Assembly: GCA_964484665.1 (NCBI GenBank) | Contig: CAZAFR010000003.1 | Coordinates: forward strand, 28,516-92,515 | DNA: 64,000 bases | Direction of reading: 5' to 3' | Origin: an uncultured Proteiniphilum sp. | GTDB taxonomy: Bacteria > Bacteroidota > Bacteroidia > Bacteroidales > Dysgonomonadaceae | In this document: positions 26,764 to 39,412 of the stretch, piece after piece | Numbering within the stretch: position 1 is the stretch's first letter | How the letters are laid out: the number at the start of each line of letters is the position of its first letter | Translations under genes and position numbers: made by a program | The notes under the pieces: model-generated | Told to the model about the DNA's origin: nothing | What the model saw: the letters and a program-made list of their open reading frames with translations, nothing else | The model's database searches: none

Positions 26764-28215
26764 TTATTTTATTGTCTCCGAATGATAGAAAAACGCAGGG
26801 GTGCAAATTTCACTTTCATTGTGGAAGGAGTCTGAGGCGGTGACAAAATAGTAGTATGCCTTATCATTATCTTCAGCTGTGAAATATAATGCTGTTTCTC
26901 GCAATCCTGTAGCTATTATGTTTTCTGCTATATCTCTATCAAAATTATCTGTTTCACTTCTGTAAACGTTGTAGGTTACTCTGCTATTGTCTATCTTTTC
27001 CCATTTTAATTCGAATAGTCCATTTGATAGTTTTTCTGCTCGCAAGTCTATTGGCGTATCGGGTATCGAGTCGGACAACCATGTCATCGGGGGGAGCTTT
27101 GAAGGGTATTTATATTTTTCTTCTAATTTATTGAGTATACCTTTGTAGTTAGATAGTATATTTTTTGTGCGAAAATATGCTTGACCGTTAACTTGTTTTT
27201 CTCTTGAATAATCTACTTGCTCTATTATATCTTTTGAGCTCCAGCCTAATTCTATCATCTGGAATGCACCGAGCCCGGGGACTAAAATTCTATTATTACT
27301 GTTGAGTGCCCAGTCGTCGAGGTAAGGATAAAACAATTCATCTTTGTAATACATCATTGGGTAGAGGGCATCATGCTTGCCTGCTTTCATCCATTTGCCG
27401 GCATCTTGGAAAACAGTTTCTAGTGCTGTCCAACCTCTGCCTCGTTCATTTATAGTTCTGTATCGCCCTAAAGGAGAGCTGCTTACTTGTACCCATGGCT
27501 TTTGTTTCTTTATCAAGTCGTATACTCTAGTCACGAATCGTGTTATATTGTTTCTTCTCCAATCTGCGCGGGATTGTCCTTCACCATAAAGTCGGTAGAG
27601 TCCGTCGTCGGGAAATTTTCCTCTGTTGTCAGGGTATCTTATATAATCAAAATGAATTCCATCAACATCGTAATTGGATATTATCTCTTCAACAATGGAA
27701 ATGAGATAATCGTCTGTTCTGGGGTGACCGGGGTCAAGAAACCACTCTCCTTTGAACTTTTTTGTGATGGAGGGATTCTTTTTTACGACTGATTTTGAGC
27801 CTAAACTTTTAACATAGCGATCTCCTCCTAAGGGATAGGTTACTAACCAAGCGTGGCATTCAATTCCTCTTTTATGTGACTCTTCGATTACAAAGGCTAG
27901 TGGATCAAAATCAGGTGCTCCGGGACGTTTAGGTGCTATTATTGACGACATAGGCTCTATATCAGATTTATAGAATACTTCTCCACGTGCACGGGTTTGA
28001 AACATTATAGTATTGAAGTTGTATTTCTTCAATGAATCTAATATGGATACAAGTTCTTTTTTTTGAACTTCCTGATTTGTTCTGTTTGTTGGCCAATCTA
28101 GGCCATAGTTTGTGGTTAGCCAAACAGCTCTCACTTCCGTAGCAGGTATTTCGGAGAGGATTACATCAACCGAACTAAATAACAACAGAATGAGCAAAAT
28201 AAATATTTTGTTCAT
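26764..28215 (-). CDS. GHL10/DUF187 (YngK-like) glycoside hydrolase with C-terminal FN3-like domain
   Basis: EVRAVWLTT...LDWP, FDPLAF...HKRGIECHAW, YDVDGIHFDYIRYP, WRRNNIT. Confidence 0.88.
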   Translation of the reverse strand: MNKIFILLILLLFSSVDVILSEIPATEVRAVWLTTNYGLDWPTNRTNQEVQKKELVSILDSLKKYNFNTIMFQTRARGEVFYKSDIEPMSSIIAPKRPGAPDFDPLAFVIEESHKRGIECHAWLVTYPLGGDRYVKSLGSKSVVKKNPSITKKFKGEWFLDPGHPRTDDYLISIVEEIISNYDVDGIHFDYIRYPDNRGKFPDDGLYRLYGEGQSRADWRRNNITRFVTRVYDLIKKQKPWVQVSSSPLGRYRTINERGRGWTALETVFQDAGKWMKAGKHDALYPMMYYKDELFYPYLDDWALNSNNRILVPGLGAFQMIELGWSSKDIIEQVDYSREKQVNGQAYFRTKNILSNYKGILNKLEEKYKYPSKLPPMTWLSDSIPDTPIDLRAEKLSNGLFELKWEKIDNSRVTYNVYRSETDNFDRDIAENIIATGLRETALYFTAEDNDKAYYYFVTASDSFHNESEICTPAFFYHSETIK

Positions 28216-28349
28216 TAACTCTAAAATATATTTATAATAATATTATCACAAATTTAATGTAAAAATGGAGTCAATTTGATTATTTTTATATTGTTAACAG
28301 TCTAAAAGTTTGAGTATAAACTTGCGCTTCAAAGAAATTTAATTTTCGG

Positions 28350-28357
28350 TATATTTG
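28350..28357 (+). promoter_or_regulatory. -7 promoter box for upxY
   Basis: TATATTTG, 28 nt upstream of the ATG. Confidence 0.55.
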
Positions 28358-28385
28358 TAGTCTGAGAAAAATGTAATAAACTATT

Positions 28386-28889
28386 ATGACGAAAAAGAGA
28401 TGGCTTGCTGTTTACGTTAAAATGCATCACGAAAAGAAAGTAAGAGATAGATTAACTAATTTGGGTATCGAAAACTTTCTACCGATTCAAGTTGAAATAA
28501 GGCAGTGGAGCGATAGGAAGAAAAAAATAGAGAGGGTACTTACTCCAATGATGATATTTGTGAGGGTTAACTCGGAGGAACAGCATATTGTTATTGCTCA
28601 GCCATCGGTACTTCGTTTTTTGGTATTACGTGGCGAGCATGCTCCTGCTGTGATTCCTGAAAAACAAATGGATAATTTTAGATTCATGCTTAATTTTTCA
28701 GAAGAGTCGATAAACTTTACTACCGATGATCTTAAACAAGGTGAGAAGGTGAAAGTAATTAAAGGTCCTCTTTCCGGACTAGAGGGTGAGTTGGTTAACC
28801 TCGAAGATAAATCGAGTATTGTAATTAGAATTAATCAACTTGGGTGTGCTATGGTGGAGATGAATGGTTGTATGGTTAAGAAACTATAG
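28386..28889 (+). CDS. upxY: UpxY family (NusG paralog) transcription antiterminator
   Basis: WLAVYVKMHHEKKV, FLPIQ...QWSDRKK, MIFVR, PAVIPEKQM, KOW GEKVKVIKGPLSGLEGEL. Confidence 0.93.
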   Translation: MTKKRWLAVYVKMHHEKKVRDRLTNLGIENFLPIQVEIRQWSDRKKKIERVLTPMMIFVRVNSEEQHIVIAQPSVLRFLVLRGEHAPAVIPEKQMDNFRFMLNFSEESINFTTDDLKQGEKVKVIKGPLSGLEGELVNLEDKSSIVIRINQLGCAMVEMNGCMVKKL

Positions 28890-28977
28890 GTCTTTTAAAA
28901 CAAAATAGACTGTATCAGAATAGATAATAAGCTTTTGAGATTTGAAAATCAGAAGAGGTTTTAAGGTAGGAGTACAA

Positions 28978-29015
28978 ATAAAAAGGGGATGAAATCACAT
29001 TATGATACATCCCCT
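28978..29015 (-). terminator. Intrinsic terminator of ompA between convergent genes
   Basis: AGGGGATG / CATCCCCT stem (28984-28991 / 29008-29015) with an A-tract on the left, which is the U-tract for the minus strand. Confidence 0.75.
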
Positions 29016-29058
29016 CCTACATAATATTATTCAATAAGAAATATGTTGCTTTATATTC

Positions 29059-29739
29059 TTAATGCGCTTGCTCTTGTGCATCTTTTATCATCTTGGCATT
29101 TGGAAGGATAATTACTTCAACACGTCGATTTTCTGTTCTTCCGGCAGCTGTGCTATTGTCAGCTATTGGCTGAGAAGATCCAAATCCTTCGTAAGACATA
29201 CGTAAACCCGATACGCCTTTGGAGTTTAAATAGTTATAGACTGATTCTGCACGTCGCACTGATAGTGGATTGTTAATTGCATCGCTACCTGTGCTGTCGG
29301 TGTGACCATAGATCTCTACATCGGTATCCGGGTTGTTCTGCAATGATGTTGCAAACTTGTCAAGTGCTACTCTTGATGGGGTGCTTAATGTACTTGAATT
29401 GGTTGCAAAAAGAATGCCCGATTCAAAAGTGACTTTAATTGCTTCTCCTTCATTTACTTTTTCTACTTGTGCTCCTTCAATTTGCTCAAGTTCGGCGGCT
29501 TGTTTATCCATTTTGTTACCAATAATTGCGCCTGCTGCACCTCCTACAATGGCACCTATGCTAGCCCCAATAGTAGCTCCTTTACCGCCACCGGCAATAG
29601 CTCCTACTCCAGCGCCTAGGGCTGCACCAGAGCCCAATCCTATTGCGCCTCCTTTGATAGTTTGGTTTGCTCCACAACCTGATAAAATCAAAGAGCCTCC
29701 TAGCAATACAATTGCCAATAATTTAGAAAATTGTTTCAT
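29059..29739 (-). CDS. OmpA family lipoprotein with glycine zipper
   Basis: Lipobox LSGC; Gly/Ala zipper; GHTDSTGSDAINNPLSVRRA, NRRVE. Confidence 0.93.
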   Translation of the reverse strand: MKQFSKLLAIVLLGGSLILSGCGANQTIKGGAIGLGSGAALGAGVGAIAGGGKGATIGASIGAIVGGAAGAIIGNKMDKQAAELEQIEGAQVEKVNEGEAIKVTFESGILFATNSSTLSTPSRVALDKFATSLQNNPDTDVEIYGHTDSTGSDAINNPLSVRRAESVYNYLNSKGVSGLRMSYEGFGSSQPIADNSTAAGRTENRRVEVIILPNAKMIKDAQEQAH

Positions 29740-29785
29740 AGTTAGTTTTTTGTTTTGATGAATTATATTTAAATAAAATAGTTTC

Positions 29786-30109
29786 TTAATCGAACAAATT
29801 TAGGGTGTCGCAATATGCCAGTTCTCCGGCTACAATCAATTCTATCTGTTCATCCGTATAATCCCTAATATTGTCTTTCCGGGCGTTATCAAAGATATAA
29901 TCCAATAATTCGTCTTCGTCAATTTCAATCTCTAATTCTTCACTCGCATCAAGAAATCCCTTATCTTCATAAAACTCATAAATCAAATCAACTATATAGT
30001 TGATTTCGTCATCGGAAAACTCATCCTTCATTTCTTCCGGGAGATACTCTTGAATAAATCTTAGGGAATCTTCTTCGTCATATTCAAGTTCTTTCTTTAC
30101 TTCGCTCAT
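29786..30109 (-). CDS. Highly acidic hypothetical protein
   Basis: 107 aa, 38 D/E versus 8 K/R by hand count; co-directional between yidC and ompA. Confidence 0.75.
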   Translation of the reverse strand: MSEVKKELEYDEEDSLRFIQEYLPEEMKDEFSDDEINYIVDLIYEFYEDKGFLDASEELEIEIDEDELLDYIFDNARKDNIRDYTDEQIELIVAGELAYCDTLNLFD

Positions 30110-30180
30110 AACAAAACTTTTTAGATGTGTATTAAGTTAAAACAATTATTTAAAAAATATGTTCATGCAGTTTTTATTAC

Positions 30181-32163
30181 CTATTTACGATAATTTCTTT
30201 TTGCATTTTGCTTTGCTTGCTCACGAGCTTGCTTTTCTTGTTGCTTTTGAGCTTCTTCCAAACGAGCCATAAATCCTGATTTCTTTTTAGGTTTCTTTTT
30301 ATTCTCTTCTAGTTGAGCAAGGATTTTTTCTTCATTTATTGTTTTCTTCATTATAGTCATGATAACTATTGTAATTAATGTAGATAGAAAATAATAGTAG
30401 TTTAATCCTGCCGGATAGGAGTTCAAGATGAAAAACATGAATATACTCATAAACAATGGCATGTTTTTCATACCGGGCATTGTTTGCTGCCCAGTATCCA
30501 TAGCTGCCATATTGTATCTTGTGTATATAACGTTTGTTACTGTCATTAATAAGCAGAATATGCTAATGTGGTTGCCTAAAAATCTGGTTATAATTGGGAT
30601 GTTACCGCTCCATGAAATTAAAGAGTCATAAGCTGAAAGGTCATTTGTCCATAGAAAACTTTGCTGACGCAATTCTATTGCTGATGGAAAGAAGAAAAAC
30701 AGTGCCATCAGTACAGGCATTTGAATAAGCATGGGAAGACAACCACTCATTGGACTTACTCCTGCTTTGTTGTATAGGTCCATGGTAGCCTGTTGTCTCT
30801 TCATCATCATGTCTTGGTCTTGCCCCGGATATTTATTCTCAATTTCCAGTATCTGCGGGCGTAATACTCGCATCCTAGCAGAGGATATATAAGACTTATA
30901 TGTTAAAGGTGATATGATGATTTTCACCATGAGTGTCAATATAAGAATAATAAGTCCCATGTTCCAGTTTAGATCGAGAAAGAAGTTAAATACGGGTATT
31001 ACAAACCATTTGTTGACCCAGCTAAGCCATTTGTAACCTAGACTTACTATCTCTTGAAGTTCGAGTTTATCGGAACTACTTACAGCACCTTCATTGTAGG
31101 CTTTAAGTGTAGTATAATGTACGGGTCCAAAATAATATTTGAATCCTGCACTTACAAGATCACTTTCGGGACTAATTTGCACAGGAGCCCAAACTTCTGC
31201 TTTGTAGTTTTTTATATATTCAGAATCAGTGAGTAATGTTGAAGTTAAAATAGTGTTATTAAATGGCTTATCGCCTATAATAATTGCGGAGAAGTACTGA
31301 TCTTTAAATGCAAACCACTTGATTGGTTCCGAAAGTTCTTTTTGATCGTTTTTTGATTCACTTAGTCTACTATAATCCTGTTTATCAAATTTATAGTGTA
31401 TGCGTGAATAACGATTCTCAAATGCACGACCCTTTTCCTGTTGTCTTACCTTTTGCTCCCAATAGAGTCTGAAGTTGGTTAGACTTTCAGGATGTAACCC
31501 ATTTCTCATACCTGATACTCGAATATCAAAATCAAGCATATATTCATCATCGGCAAGAGTGTATATTAAATCAATAAACTGTTCGGCGTTGCTCTGTAAA
31601 CGCATTATTACCGATTTACCGTCTGCACTTCGTATTGGAGTAAAAAGCTCGTCTTCGGTTGATATTCGTAAACTATTACGATTGAATAACTCAAGGTTGA
31701 AACGAGATTCTTCGTCATTGGCAAAAAGAAATAAGCTATCACCTGAATATTGCAAGAATTCTTTTAGTTGAACTGATTGTATCTTTCCACCGTGAGTGTT
31801 TAATCGTAGTTTTAATTTTTCATTCTCCAGAACAATTATTTCTTCTTTGAGGGTTGCTTCGACTATCAAACTTGAATCTCTTGATGTGGAATCAGCTACT
31901 ACTTCATTTTGTAAAATGCCGGTACTAAAGAAATCTGACACATTTGAACCTTTATCAATGTCAGAATCATTATTAAGAGAATTGTTGTTCTTTTGTAGCT
32001 CCAACTCTGTTGCAGCCTCAACACGTTGTTTGTTAACTAATGCAATAGAATCATGCAGACGTCGTTGTTCTGCTATTTGCTCCTGACTAGGTCTGTTGTA
32101 TATAGTGAAAACAACTATAATCGCCGTAATCAACAGTAAACCTATAACTGTATTTTTATCCAT
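30181..32163 (-). CDS. yidC: Membrane protein insertase YidC
   Basis: MDKNTVIG, YFGP, NMGLIILILT..VK, GCLPMLIQMPV, AGLNYYY. Confidence 0.97.
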   Translation of the reverse strand: MDKNTVIGLLLITAIIVVFTIYNRPSQEQIAEQRRLHDSIALVNKQRVEAATELELQKNNNSLNNDSDIDKGSNVSDFFSTGILQNEVVADSTSRDSSLIVEATLKEEIIVLENEKLKLRLNTHGGKIQSVQLKEFLQYSGDSLFLFANDEESRFNLELFNRNSLRISTEDELFTPIRSADGKSVIMRLQSNAEQFIDLIYTLADDEYMLDFDIRVSGMRNGLHPESLTNFRLYWEQKVRQQEKGRAFENRYSRIHYKFDKQDYSRLSESKNDQKELSEPIKWFAFKDQYFSAIIIGDKPFNNTILTSTLLTDSEYIKNYKAEVWAPVQISPESDLVSAGFKYYFGPVHYTTLKAYNEGAVSSSDKLELQEIVSLGYKWLSWVNKWFVIPVFNFFLDLNWNMGLIILILTLMVKIIISPLTYKSYISSARMRVLRPQILEIENKYPGQDQDMMMKRQQATMDLYNKAGVSPMSGCLPMLIQMPVLMALFFFFPSAIELRQQSFLWTNDLSAYDSLISWSGNIPIITRFLGNHISIFCLLMTVTNVIYTRYNMAAMDTGQQTMPGMKNMPLFMSIFMFFILNSYPAGLNYYYFLSTLITIVIMTIMKKTINEEKILAQLEENKKKPKKKSGFMARLEEAQKQQEKQAREQAKQNAKRNYRK

Positions 32164-32176
32164 TAACTCCTTAATA

Positions 32177-33847
<1,671 letters not shown>

Positions 33848-33931
33848 TTAGAACAATGGGTAACGATAGTTTATCAATATTATAATTTTGAAAAGATATA
33901 ACATTAAGAAAAATCAAATTATTACGTAAAA

Positions 33932-34603
33932 TTACATCGAAACGAGATTCATATCTTCGCATTTCATAATTTTACCGGGAAAGGCCTGAACAATGGAATA
34001 GTTGTGTGTTGACATAATCACTGCTGTGCCCCTTTTTGAAATATCTTGAAGTAAAGATACAATCTGGCTACCAGTTTCAGGGTCTAAGTTACCAGTTGGT
34101 TCATCTGCTAATATTAAGGCAGGAGAATTAAGTAGTGCTCTTGCAATTACCACTCTTTGTTGTTCTCCACCTGATAATTCATGAGGCATTTTATAGGCTT
34201 TATTCTGCATACCCACCAAGATGAGCACTTCATTAATGCGATCTTTAATTTCACGTTTATTCTTCCAATCTGTTGCACGAAGTACGAATTCTAGATTCTT
34301 CTCAACGGTACGATCAACAAGTAGTTGAAAATCCTGAAATACGATTCCAATCTTTCTTCTTAAAAATGGTATAAGCTTTCGTTTAATATTTACAAGTTCG
34401 TAATCGAAAACGCGTGCACTACCAGCTTCAATAGGTAACTCAGCATACATACTTTTCATGAGTGTGCTTTTACCTGATCCCACTTTTCCAATTATATACA
34501 AGAAATCACCACGATTTACTGTTAGATTTACATTTCTAAGAATAATGTTCTCATCGCGATTTAATTGTACATTTGAGTAGTTTACGATCTGTTCTTTAAT
34601 CAT
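33932..34603 (-). CDS. ftsE: FtsE-like ABC ATPase
   Basis: GKVGSGKST, RRKIGIVFQDFQLL, LSGGEQQR, ILADEPTGNLD. Confidence 0.8.
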   Translation of the reverse strand: MIKEQIVNYSNVQLNRDENIILRNVNLTVNRGDFLYIIGKVGSGKSTLMKSMYAELPIEAGSARVFDYELVNIKRKLIPFLRRKIGIVFQDFQLLVDRTVEKNLEFVLRATDWKNKREIKDRINEVLILVGMQNKAYKMPHELSGGEQQRVVIARALLNSPALILADEPTGNLDPETGSQIVSLLQDISKRGTAVIMSTHNYSIVQAFPGKIMKCEDMNLVSM

Positions 34604-35067
34604 TATTTAATAAATTGTATCGACAACGGATATTTCCAATACTCACCGTTGTTGGCTTTCACGGTTGCCATGATAACCAAAATCATATAAAAAATGCCTA
34701 CAAGTACGGCGATGGGTATACCTATTATAGTGATTGCAGCTACTGCTGCATATATTACAAAACTAATCATGAAGTTCAGAATGTTCTTACCGTGCAAATC
34801 AACATTTGAATTATTTTCCTTATTGGCTATCCACATGAGAATTGGTATTATAAAACCGGCAAACGGAAGTATAATTCCTGCAAATTGTGTTATATGCATC
34901 AGCATGATATATGTATTCTCAGTCATACCAAAAAGGGGATTTTTTATAGAACTGAAGGATGTGCTTTCGTCATTCAATATCTTCTCTTTTTCACGTTGAT
35001 ATTCTTCTTCCGTAATACTCCCTTTTTCTCTTAATTCATCTAAAATCTTTAAATCTTCGTATTTCAT
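34603..35067 (-). CDS. DUF4870 membrane protein with N-terminal SHOCT-like motif
   Basis: LDELREKGSITEEEYQREKEKIL; MLMHITQ, HGKNILNF, YWKYPLSI. Confidence 0.8.
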   Translation of the reverse strand: MKYEDLKILDELREKGSITEEEYQREKEKILNDESTSFSSIKNPLFGMTENTYIMLMHITQFAGIILPFAGFIIPILMWIANKENNSNVDLHGKNILNFMISFVIYAAVAAITIIGIPIAVLVGIFYMILVIMATVKANNGEYWKYPLSIQFIK

Positions 35068-35172
35068 AAATATAAGTATTTTGAAATTAGTGATATATTA
35101 TTTCAACCGGTTCTTGTCTCTCAACCTAGTGTAGTAAATATTATTCTACACAAAGATATGTTTTTTCTCTAA

Positions 35173-35556
35173 TTATCGCCTTTTTCGTAAAAGAATTATC
35201 ACAAGTACTGTTGCCACAAGCGATCCTAAAATATCTGCTATCCAGTCGCCTAATTCAGCGCTGCGTGATACGAAGAAGTATTTTTGTAATAATTCTATAA
35301 TACCACCATATATAATCGGTACTATAAGCCCCCAAAACAGCCATTTGGTTAAACTAGGATTTTTATTGTGTAATTTATTGTAATCATATAAAGAAACTGC
35401 TGATAAAAGAAAAAACATACCAAAGTGAACTATTTTATCCCAAGAAATTCCAGCAGGCATATCAGGAACCTTATCGGAAGGAATTAAACATGTGCCTATA
35501 AAAATTAGGACACCTACTATCAGAGGTAATAAAGTAAAACGTATCAAGGTTTTCAT
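35173..35556 (-). CDS. VanZ family membrane protein
   Basis: DKIVHFGMF, GGIIELLQ, RSAELGDWIADILG. Confidence 0.88.
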   Translation of the reverse strand: MKTLIRFTLLPLIVGVLIFIGTCLIPSDKVPDMPAGISWDKIVHFGMFFLLSAVSLYDYNKLHNKNPSLTKWLFWGLIVPIIYGGIIELLQKYFFVSRSAELGDWIADILGSLVATVLVIILLRKRR

Positions 35557-35763
35557 AATTGAAATTTCAATGCTCGTTGATTGGTTGCAAAGATAATATC
35601 ATTTTAATTTAATGAAATAATTTATCTTAATTACATACGATATTTATAAACATATAACTAAAAGAAAGGATTGATTTAAGGAAAAAGTTGTTTCTTTGTC
35701 TAAATAAGTATTTAGATGATAGCAATACTTACGTATGGCAACAAATTAATTTTAAGAGTGAAG

Positions 35764-37443
35764 ATGAGAAAATATATTCTATTAGTACTGTTTTGTATCT
35801 CAACAATACATATTTCTGCACAATCAACATTTCCCGAAGAAAATCAACGTTATTTTGATATCAACAAGAACATCGATATTTTTAATTCAATATTGAAAGA
35901 GCTGGACTTATTTTATGTGGATAGCATAGAAGTAGACAATCTTGTACAGGGAACTATTGAGAATATGCTATCACAACTAGATCCTTATACGGAATATTAT
36001 TCTGAGGAGAACATAGGAGAACTGCAATTTATGACTACCGGCGAATATGCCGGAATTGGGGCTATCATTTCGTATAAAGATGGTAGAGTTATTGTTAATG
36101 AGCCTTATGAAGGTATGCCTGCTGCAAAAGCGGGACTTAAAGCAGGAGATGCTATACTTCAAATTGATGATGAGGATACACGTAATGCTACAGTAAAAGA
36201 GGTAAGTAATAAGCTAAAAGGAACTCCAGGAACTACTATTGAGTTGCTTATTGATAGACCAAGTGAAAAAGAGAATATTACGATTAATGTTATTCGTGAG
36301 AAAATTGAGATGGATCCTGTAACATATTCAGGTATATTTGATGATAATATTGGATATTTTCACTTTGGTAGCTTTACTTCCGGTAGTGCTAACAGAGTGA
36401 AAGAAACAGTGCAAGGACTTAAAAATAAGGGAGCTAATTCACTTATCATGGATCTTCGTGGTAATGGGGGCGGAATACTAGACGAAGCTGTAAATGTAGT
36501 TAATCTTTTTGTTCCTAAAGGTGAGGAAATTGTGTCAACAAGGGGTAAGGTTACTCAATGGGATAGAAGTTATTTCACTCAAGAGCAACCTTTAGATGAA
36601 ATAATTCCAATAGTAGTACTTATCGATACGGGCTCTGCATCTGCATCTGAAATTGTTGCAGGTGGACTGCAAGACCTTGATCGGGCAGTAATTATAGGCA
36701 ACCGCTCTTTTGGTAAGGGTTTAGTGCAAACTCCCCGTGACCTGCCTTACGGTGGAAATATGAAAATTACTACCTCCAAATATTATATTCCAAGTGGGCG
36801 TGGCATTCAGTCTCTGGATTATTCTCATAGAAATATTGATGGCAGTGTTGCTCGTGTTCCTGATTCGCTAACGAACGTATTTCATACCCGTAGTGGGCGT
36901 ATTGTACGTGATGGTGGAGGCATAACACCAGACATAATTATACCTCAAACGACTGGTGGAACAATTGCTTATTACCTTATGGCTGATAACATTATCTTTG
37001 ACTTTGTTACGGAATGGGTGCAAGATCACGATAATATTTCTTCTCCGGATCTGTTTGCTTTGTCTGACAATGATTATGAGTCTTTTAAGGATTTCGTCAA
37101 AACAAAGAATTTTGAATATGACAAAATGAGTGGAAGGTCATTAAATCAATTGAAGAATATTATGGAGCTTGAAGGATACTTAGATGTTGCCTCGGATGAA
37201 TTTAAAGCGCTTGAAGCAAAGCTACATCCTGATCTTAATAGGGACCTTGAATTGTTTAAAGATTTAATCAAAAATATGATAGAATCTGAAATAGTACAAA
37301 GATATTATTACAAAAAAGGAGTTTTGTTACATCAACTAGCTGGTGATAAAGTTTTTGAAAAGGCTATTGAAGTTATTAAAAACCCTGAGGTTTATAATGC
37401 ATTATTAGAGCCATTAACAGAAAACGTGCCTGATAGGTCATAA
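35764..37443 (+). CDS. S41A C-terminal processing peptidase
   Basis: LDPYTEY, PDZ domain (GLKAGD), DLRGNGGG, SASASEIVAG, SFGKGLVQ. Start placed at 35764. Confidence 0.95.
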   Translation: MRKYILLVLFCISTIHISAQSTFPEENQRYFDINKNIDIFNSILKELDLFYVDSIEVDNLVQGTIENMLSQLDPYTEYYSEENIGELQFMTTGEYAGIGAIISYKDGRVIVNEPYEGMPAAKAGLKAGDAILQIDDEDTRNATVKEVSNKLKGTPGTTIELLIDRPSEKENITINVIREKIEMDPVTYSGIFDDNIGYFHFGSFTSGSANRVKETVQGLKNKGANSLIMDLRGNGGGILDEAVNVVNLFVPKGEEIVSTRGKVTQWDRSYFTQEQPLDEIIPIVVLIDTGSASASEIVAGGLQDLDRAVIIGNRSFGKGLVQTPRDLPYGGNMKITTSKYYIPSGRGIQSLDYSHRNIDGSVARVPDSLTNVFHTRSGRIVRDGGGITPDIIIPQTTGGTIAYYLMADNIIFDFVTEWVQDHDNISSPDLFALSDNDYESFKDFVKTKNFEYDKMSGRSLNQLKNIMELEGYLDVASDEFKALEAKLHPDLNRDLELFKDLIKNMIESEIVQRYYYKKGVLLHQLAGDKVFEKAIEVIKNPEVYNALLEPLTENVPDRS

Positions 37444-38319
37444 AGATACTTTTGCTACGATAATACCTGTACAAGAATCTCTGTTACCACAGTAATCACT
37501 GAGAGTCTGCTCATCGATGATTACTTGGTTCACAACTGAGGAGGCGTGAATAAACCTAAGCTCTCCGTTACTTCGATAAGCAAACCCCACATGGGTGACA
37601 TCAAGACCCTTTATTTTAGTAGTAAAACCTATCATCGACATATGTGGTATAAGTGGTTCGGCTATAGCTATTTTATCTTTCGGTAGATAATAAAAACCTT
37701 CTCTTTCATTAATTTGTTTTTCTACTTTAACAATTTCTTTCAAAAGGTTATCATCACTTTTTAATTGCTTATAAGAATCTTGGTGTTCAGACATAAAATT
37801 TATTTCTTTACTATCATTTATTCCACCAATTTCTTCAGAGATATTTTTTAAAACACCATTTTTTTCATTTTCATGTAGCCAGTCGCTAGTGTAGTGAAGA
37901 CGCGATTGATAACCTAATATTTCGCCATCTCGATATCTGATTGATTGAAGCTTGGAGATAAAAGTGTCAAAAGTAGGTTCTTCATCAATAACTGTTAACG
38001 TTAAAGCAATTACATTTTCCACAAAAGTGAAGCAATCAAGTTCACGAAGATTCACGGTTAACACTTCTAAATCGTTCTTATCCAAAGTATGAGCCACATA
38101 AGGTTTCCCTAGAAAATATGTAGCAGTTTTTTCCAAAATAACTTCTTTGGAATCAGAGCTCCAGGATTCAATATATTTAATATAATCATCAAAAACATGT
38201 TTATCATCCAGAATAGCAAGCCCCTTTGGTTGAGCCGATAAATTGCCTGCTAAAAATACAATAGTCAAGACTAGGAAAAATGAAATCTCCCCAATACCAA
38301 ATTTTTTTCCCATAATCAT
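37438..38319 (-). CDS. DUF1460 NlpC/P60-like N-acetylmuramoyl-L-alanine amidase-like protein
   Basis: FLGKPYVAHTL, LDCFTFVE, RYRDG, RLHYTSDW, LDVTHVG, IHASS. Confidence 0.88.
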   Translation of the reverse strand: MIMGKKFGIGEISFFLVLTIVFLAGNLSAQPKGLAILDDKHVFDDYIKYIESWSSDSKEVILEKTATYFLGKPYVAHTLDKNDLEVLTVNLRELDCFTFVENVIALTLTVIDEEPTFDTFISKLQSIRYRDGEILGYQSRLHYTSDWLHENEKNGVLKNISEEIGGINDSKEINFMSEHQDSYKQLKSDDNLLKEIVKVEKQINEREGFYYLPKDKIAIAEPLIPHMSMIGFTTKIKGLDVTHVGFAYRSNGELRFIHASSVVNQVIIDEQTLSDYCGNRDSCTGIIVAKVSL

Positions 38320-38341
38320 AAACTTTAAATAATTATTGCTT

Positions 38342-39409
38342 TTATCTATTAACTCTCGACAACAGATAATAATCCATTATTGTCATTGATGCCATAGCTT
38401 CTACAATTGGAACAGCACGGGGCAGTACACAAGGATCATGTCTACCTCTTGCCTTTATTATTATATTCTTACCGTTAATATCCACTGTCCGCTGTTCCAT
38501 GAGGATAGTAGATACCGGTTTAAATGCAACACGAAAATAAATATCCTGTCCATTAGAAATACCCGCCTGAATTCCACCTGAATAATTAGTTCTGGTCTTT
38601 ATAACTCCATTAGAGTCATAAAAAGAATCATTTACTTCGGAACCTTTTTTTGAAACATTAAAGCCCATTCCGTATTCGAATCCTTTAACCGCATTAATAC
38701 TTAGCATTGCAGCGCCTAAGGCGGCATGAAGCTTTCCAAATACCGGTTCTCCGAGTCCTACAGGTACACCTTTAATCACACATGTTATTATCCCCCCAAT
38801 TGTATCTCCTTTAGAACGTACTTCCTGTATCAACTTTATCATTTGCTCAGCTATTTCAGCATCAGGACAACGCACGATATTGTCATCGATTTTTGAGAGA
38901 TCATATAACCTGTAGTCATTTTCCAAACCTATATGCCCTACCTGTGAAGTATAAGCTTTTATATCGATATCCACACTATTTAGGTAGAGCTGAGCTACTG
39001 CACCTCCCACAATTCGTGCAATTGTTTCACGAGCAGAAGAACGTCCTCCACCTCTGTAATCACGAATTCCGTATTTTTGTTGATATGTATAATCAGCATG
39101 TGATGGCCTATAGGCATTCTTAATATTACTATAATCAGCAGGCTGTTGATTTTCGTTTTTTACAAGAAAGCCAATTGGAGCGCCTGTTGTCTTTCCTTCA
39201 AATATACCTGAAAGAAACTCAACTTCATCAGATTCTACACGTGGAGTAGTAATACGTGACTGTCCCGGTCTGCGCCTATTAAGTTCGTTTTGAATGAAAT
39301 CTATGTCCAATTCTAAACCGGGAGGACAGCCATCAATAACCCCTCCCACACCAGCACCATGAGATTCACCAAAAGATGTGAGCCTGTATAATGTTCCAAA
39401 TGTATTCAT
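38342..39409 (-). CDS. aroC: Chorismate synthase
   Basis: [40 protein letters not shown]. Confidence 0.99.
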   Translation of the reverse strand: MNTFGTLYRLTSFGESHGAGVGGVIDGCPPGLELDIDFIQNELNRRRPGQSRITTPRVESDEVEFLSGIFEGKTTGAPIGFLVKNENQQPADYSNIKNAYRPSHADYTYQQKYGIRDYRGGGRSSARETIARIVGGAVAQLYLNSVDIDIKAYTSQVGHIGLENDYRLYDLSKIDDNIVRCPDAEIAEQMIKLIQEVRSKGDTIGGIITCVIKGVPVGLGEPVFGKLHAALGAAMLSINAVKGFEYGMGFNVSKKGSEVNDSFYDSNGVIKTRTNYSGGIQAGISNGQDIYFRVAFKPVSTILMEQRTVDINGKNIIIKARGRHDPCVLPRAVPIVEAMASMTIMDYYLLSRVNR

Positions 39410-39412
39410 ATA

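Noticed and set aside
33932-34603. ftsE without adjacent ftsX
   Set aside because: Separation of ftsE and ftsX is usual in Bacteroidetes.
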